A stretch of 64,000 bases of DNA, from contig NC_043000.1 of the NCBI RefSeq assembly GCF_006345805.1, forward strand, positions 90,210,001-90,274,000. The letters are read 5' to 3'. The number at the start of each line of letters is the position of its first letter. The first letter of the stretch is position 1. The position numbers were made by a program, and so were the translations under genes. The stretch is from Octopus sinensis (taxonomy: Eukaryota). This document shows, one piece after another, positions 62,445 to 64,000 of this stretch. The notes under the pieces are model-generated. The model ran no database searches and was not told the DNA's origin. It saw nothing but the letters and a program-made list of their open reading frames with translations.

Positions 62445-63698
62445 TTTACAAGGAAATCAGTGATAGTGATTTTCTTCCTACCCTCCTCTATCTCAACCTT
62501 CTACACAACTACTTCCTCAATCTACCTAACCACATCTAATTATCATTTACATATTTCCATTGAATGCTCCCCACCAAAAAAATTTTTTTTAATTTGCCAA
62601 TGAATATGTAAAGCCAGAAAAATCCTAAGTAAAGCACAGTTTGATGGTAAGCAAGCAAACCTTCAAAGCCACTGCTGGCGTTATTTTCTTGTAAAAGTTA
62701 ATAAATATCTATTCTACAATAAATAATGAGTAATCCTTCAGTTTATTGTTAAAAGTGTTGTATATAAAATTTGACAGAGGAACAAACACACTCATTGCAT
62801 CACCTAAAAAGCTGACTATATATAAAGATGGATGCTTGGCAGACTAGTTTTAAAATTTTCTCAATCATGAGGCTCTTGTTGTGCAGCACATTGAGAAAAG
62901 TCCGCAAATAAAATTGAAAGAGAAATTGTATGGAAGCGCAAAAATGATCTGTACTTATTATTTGATGGCACAACTTTGTGATAATTGTATCGGCCTTAAA
63001 GTTACAAGTATTGTATAGATATATTTGTTGATTGGCCAGCCATTTATAGTATCATGCAATGAATAGTTCCATTGTTCAAACAACTAGAACCCTTGATTTT
63101 ATGAACTAAAGATTCGTTAATCATCTGAACAGTCTTTAGTCTTTAATAGTAAGGCAGTTGAAGCTGAGAAAATAAGAGAAATTCTGCAGTAAAAATGTTA
63201 TACAAATAATCCAAACAGTGGAAAAAACCTTTTACTGGAAGGCAGCAGAGAAGCCTAATGTTTTTGACAGAACTCTTCAATTGTCAGAGAAGTGTCAATC
63301 TTTCTCTCAGTAGAAGTATTATGACTCCCAAATTTTAGATTTCTCTTCTTCAAGATGGCATAAGAATTACTCTATTATTGAATTACTAAAGTGTTACCTG
63401 TCTCATGACTTGTGACCTTGGGAGTATACTCTTGTCACCATGGGTAATGTTAGGAAATATGACACACATACAATAATTATAATTTAACTTTTATCAGATC
63501 CATTGGTGCTTATACAAAATGATGAAACCTTTTTTTCCCTTTTATTGTTTACTTCATTCAGTAATTTGACTGTGGCCATGCAGGAGCACTGCCTTAAATA
63601 GTTTAGTTGAACAAATCAACCCCCAGGATTTATCTTTTTAAAGCCTAGTACTTATTCTATTGGTCTCTTTGCTGAATTGCTAAGTTACATGGACATAT

Positions 63699-64000
63699 AA
63701 GGAGTGGCTGTGTGGTAAGTAGCTTGCTTACCAACCACATGGTTCTGGGTTCAGTCCCATTGCATGGCATCTTGGGCAAGTGTCTTCTGCTATAGCCTCG
63801 GGCCGACCAATGCCTTGTGAGTGGATTTGGTAGACAGAAACTGAAAGAAGCCTTTCGTGTATATGTATATATGTATGTGTATGTGTGTGTATATGTTTGT
63901 GTGTCTGTGTTTGTCCCCCTAGCATTGCTTGACAACCGATGCTGGTGTGTTTACGTCCCCATCACTTAGCGGTTCGGCAAAAGAGACCGATAGAATAAGT
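63699..64000 (+). mobile_element. Abundant SINE, truncated by the window end
   Basis: Same head and body as 30007-30395. Confidence 0.85.

Overview
This is eukaryotic, AT-rich, microsatellite- and SINE-dense genomic DNA. The repeat families and gene sequences suggest an octopus or other coleoid cephalopod (inferred, not database-verified). Two protein-coding genes are supported, both on the minus strand. (1) Xylulose kinase XYLB: I assembled 12 coding exons by hand, from exon 1 at 57849-57911 down to exon 12 at 1010-1125. All have GT-AG boundaries and form one continuous 1010-nt frame; the remaining 3' exons lie beyond the window start. (2) A complete, catalytically intact USP34 deubiquitinase encoded as one intronless 11,283-nt ORF (45273-56555, 3760 aa). 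It sits entirely inside the 38.3-kb first intron of XYLB, on the same strand, starting about 1.3 kb downstream of XYLB exon 1. This giant single-exon, retrogene-like USP34 nested in a host gene next to its promoter is the main finding. Its leader has three short uORFs, a YY1-type motif and in-frame acceptor candidates. Secondary findings are minimal type-I hammerhead ribozyme motifs (one inside a 170-bp foldback, one on the XYLB sense strand), an XYLB exon whose first six bases rebuild the upstream 5' splice site (recursive-splicing-like), apparently non-vertebrate XYLB intron positions, and interleaved long inverted repeats. The rest is decayed Tc1/mariner, pogo/Tigger, RTE, L1/Tx1, Penelope-like and Helitron-like elements, SINEs and simple repeats. 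Repeat boundaries are approximate.
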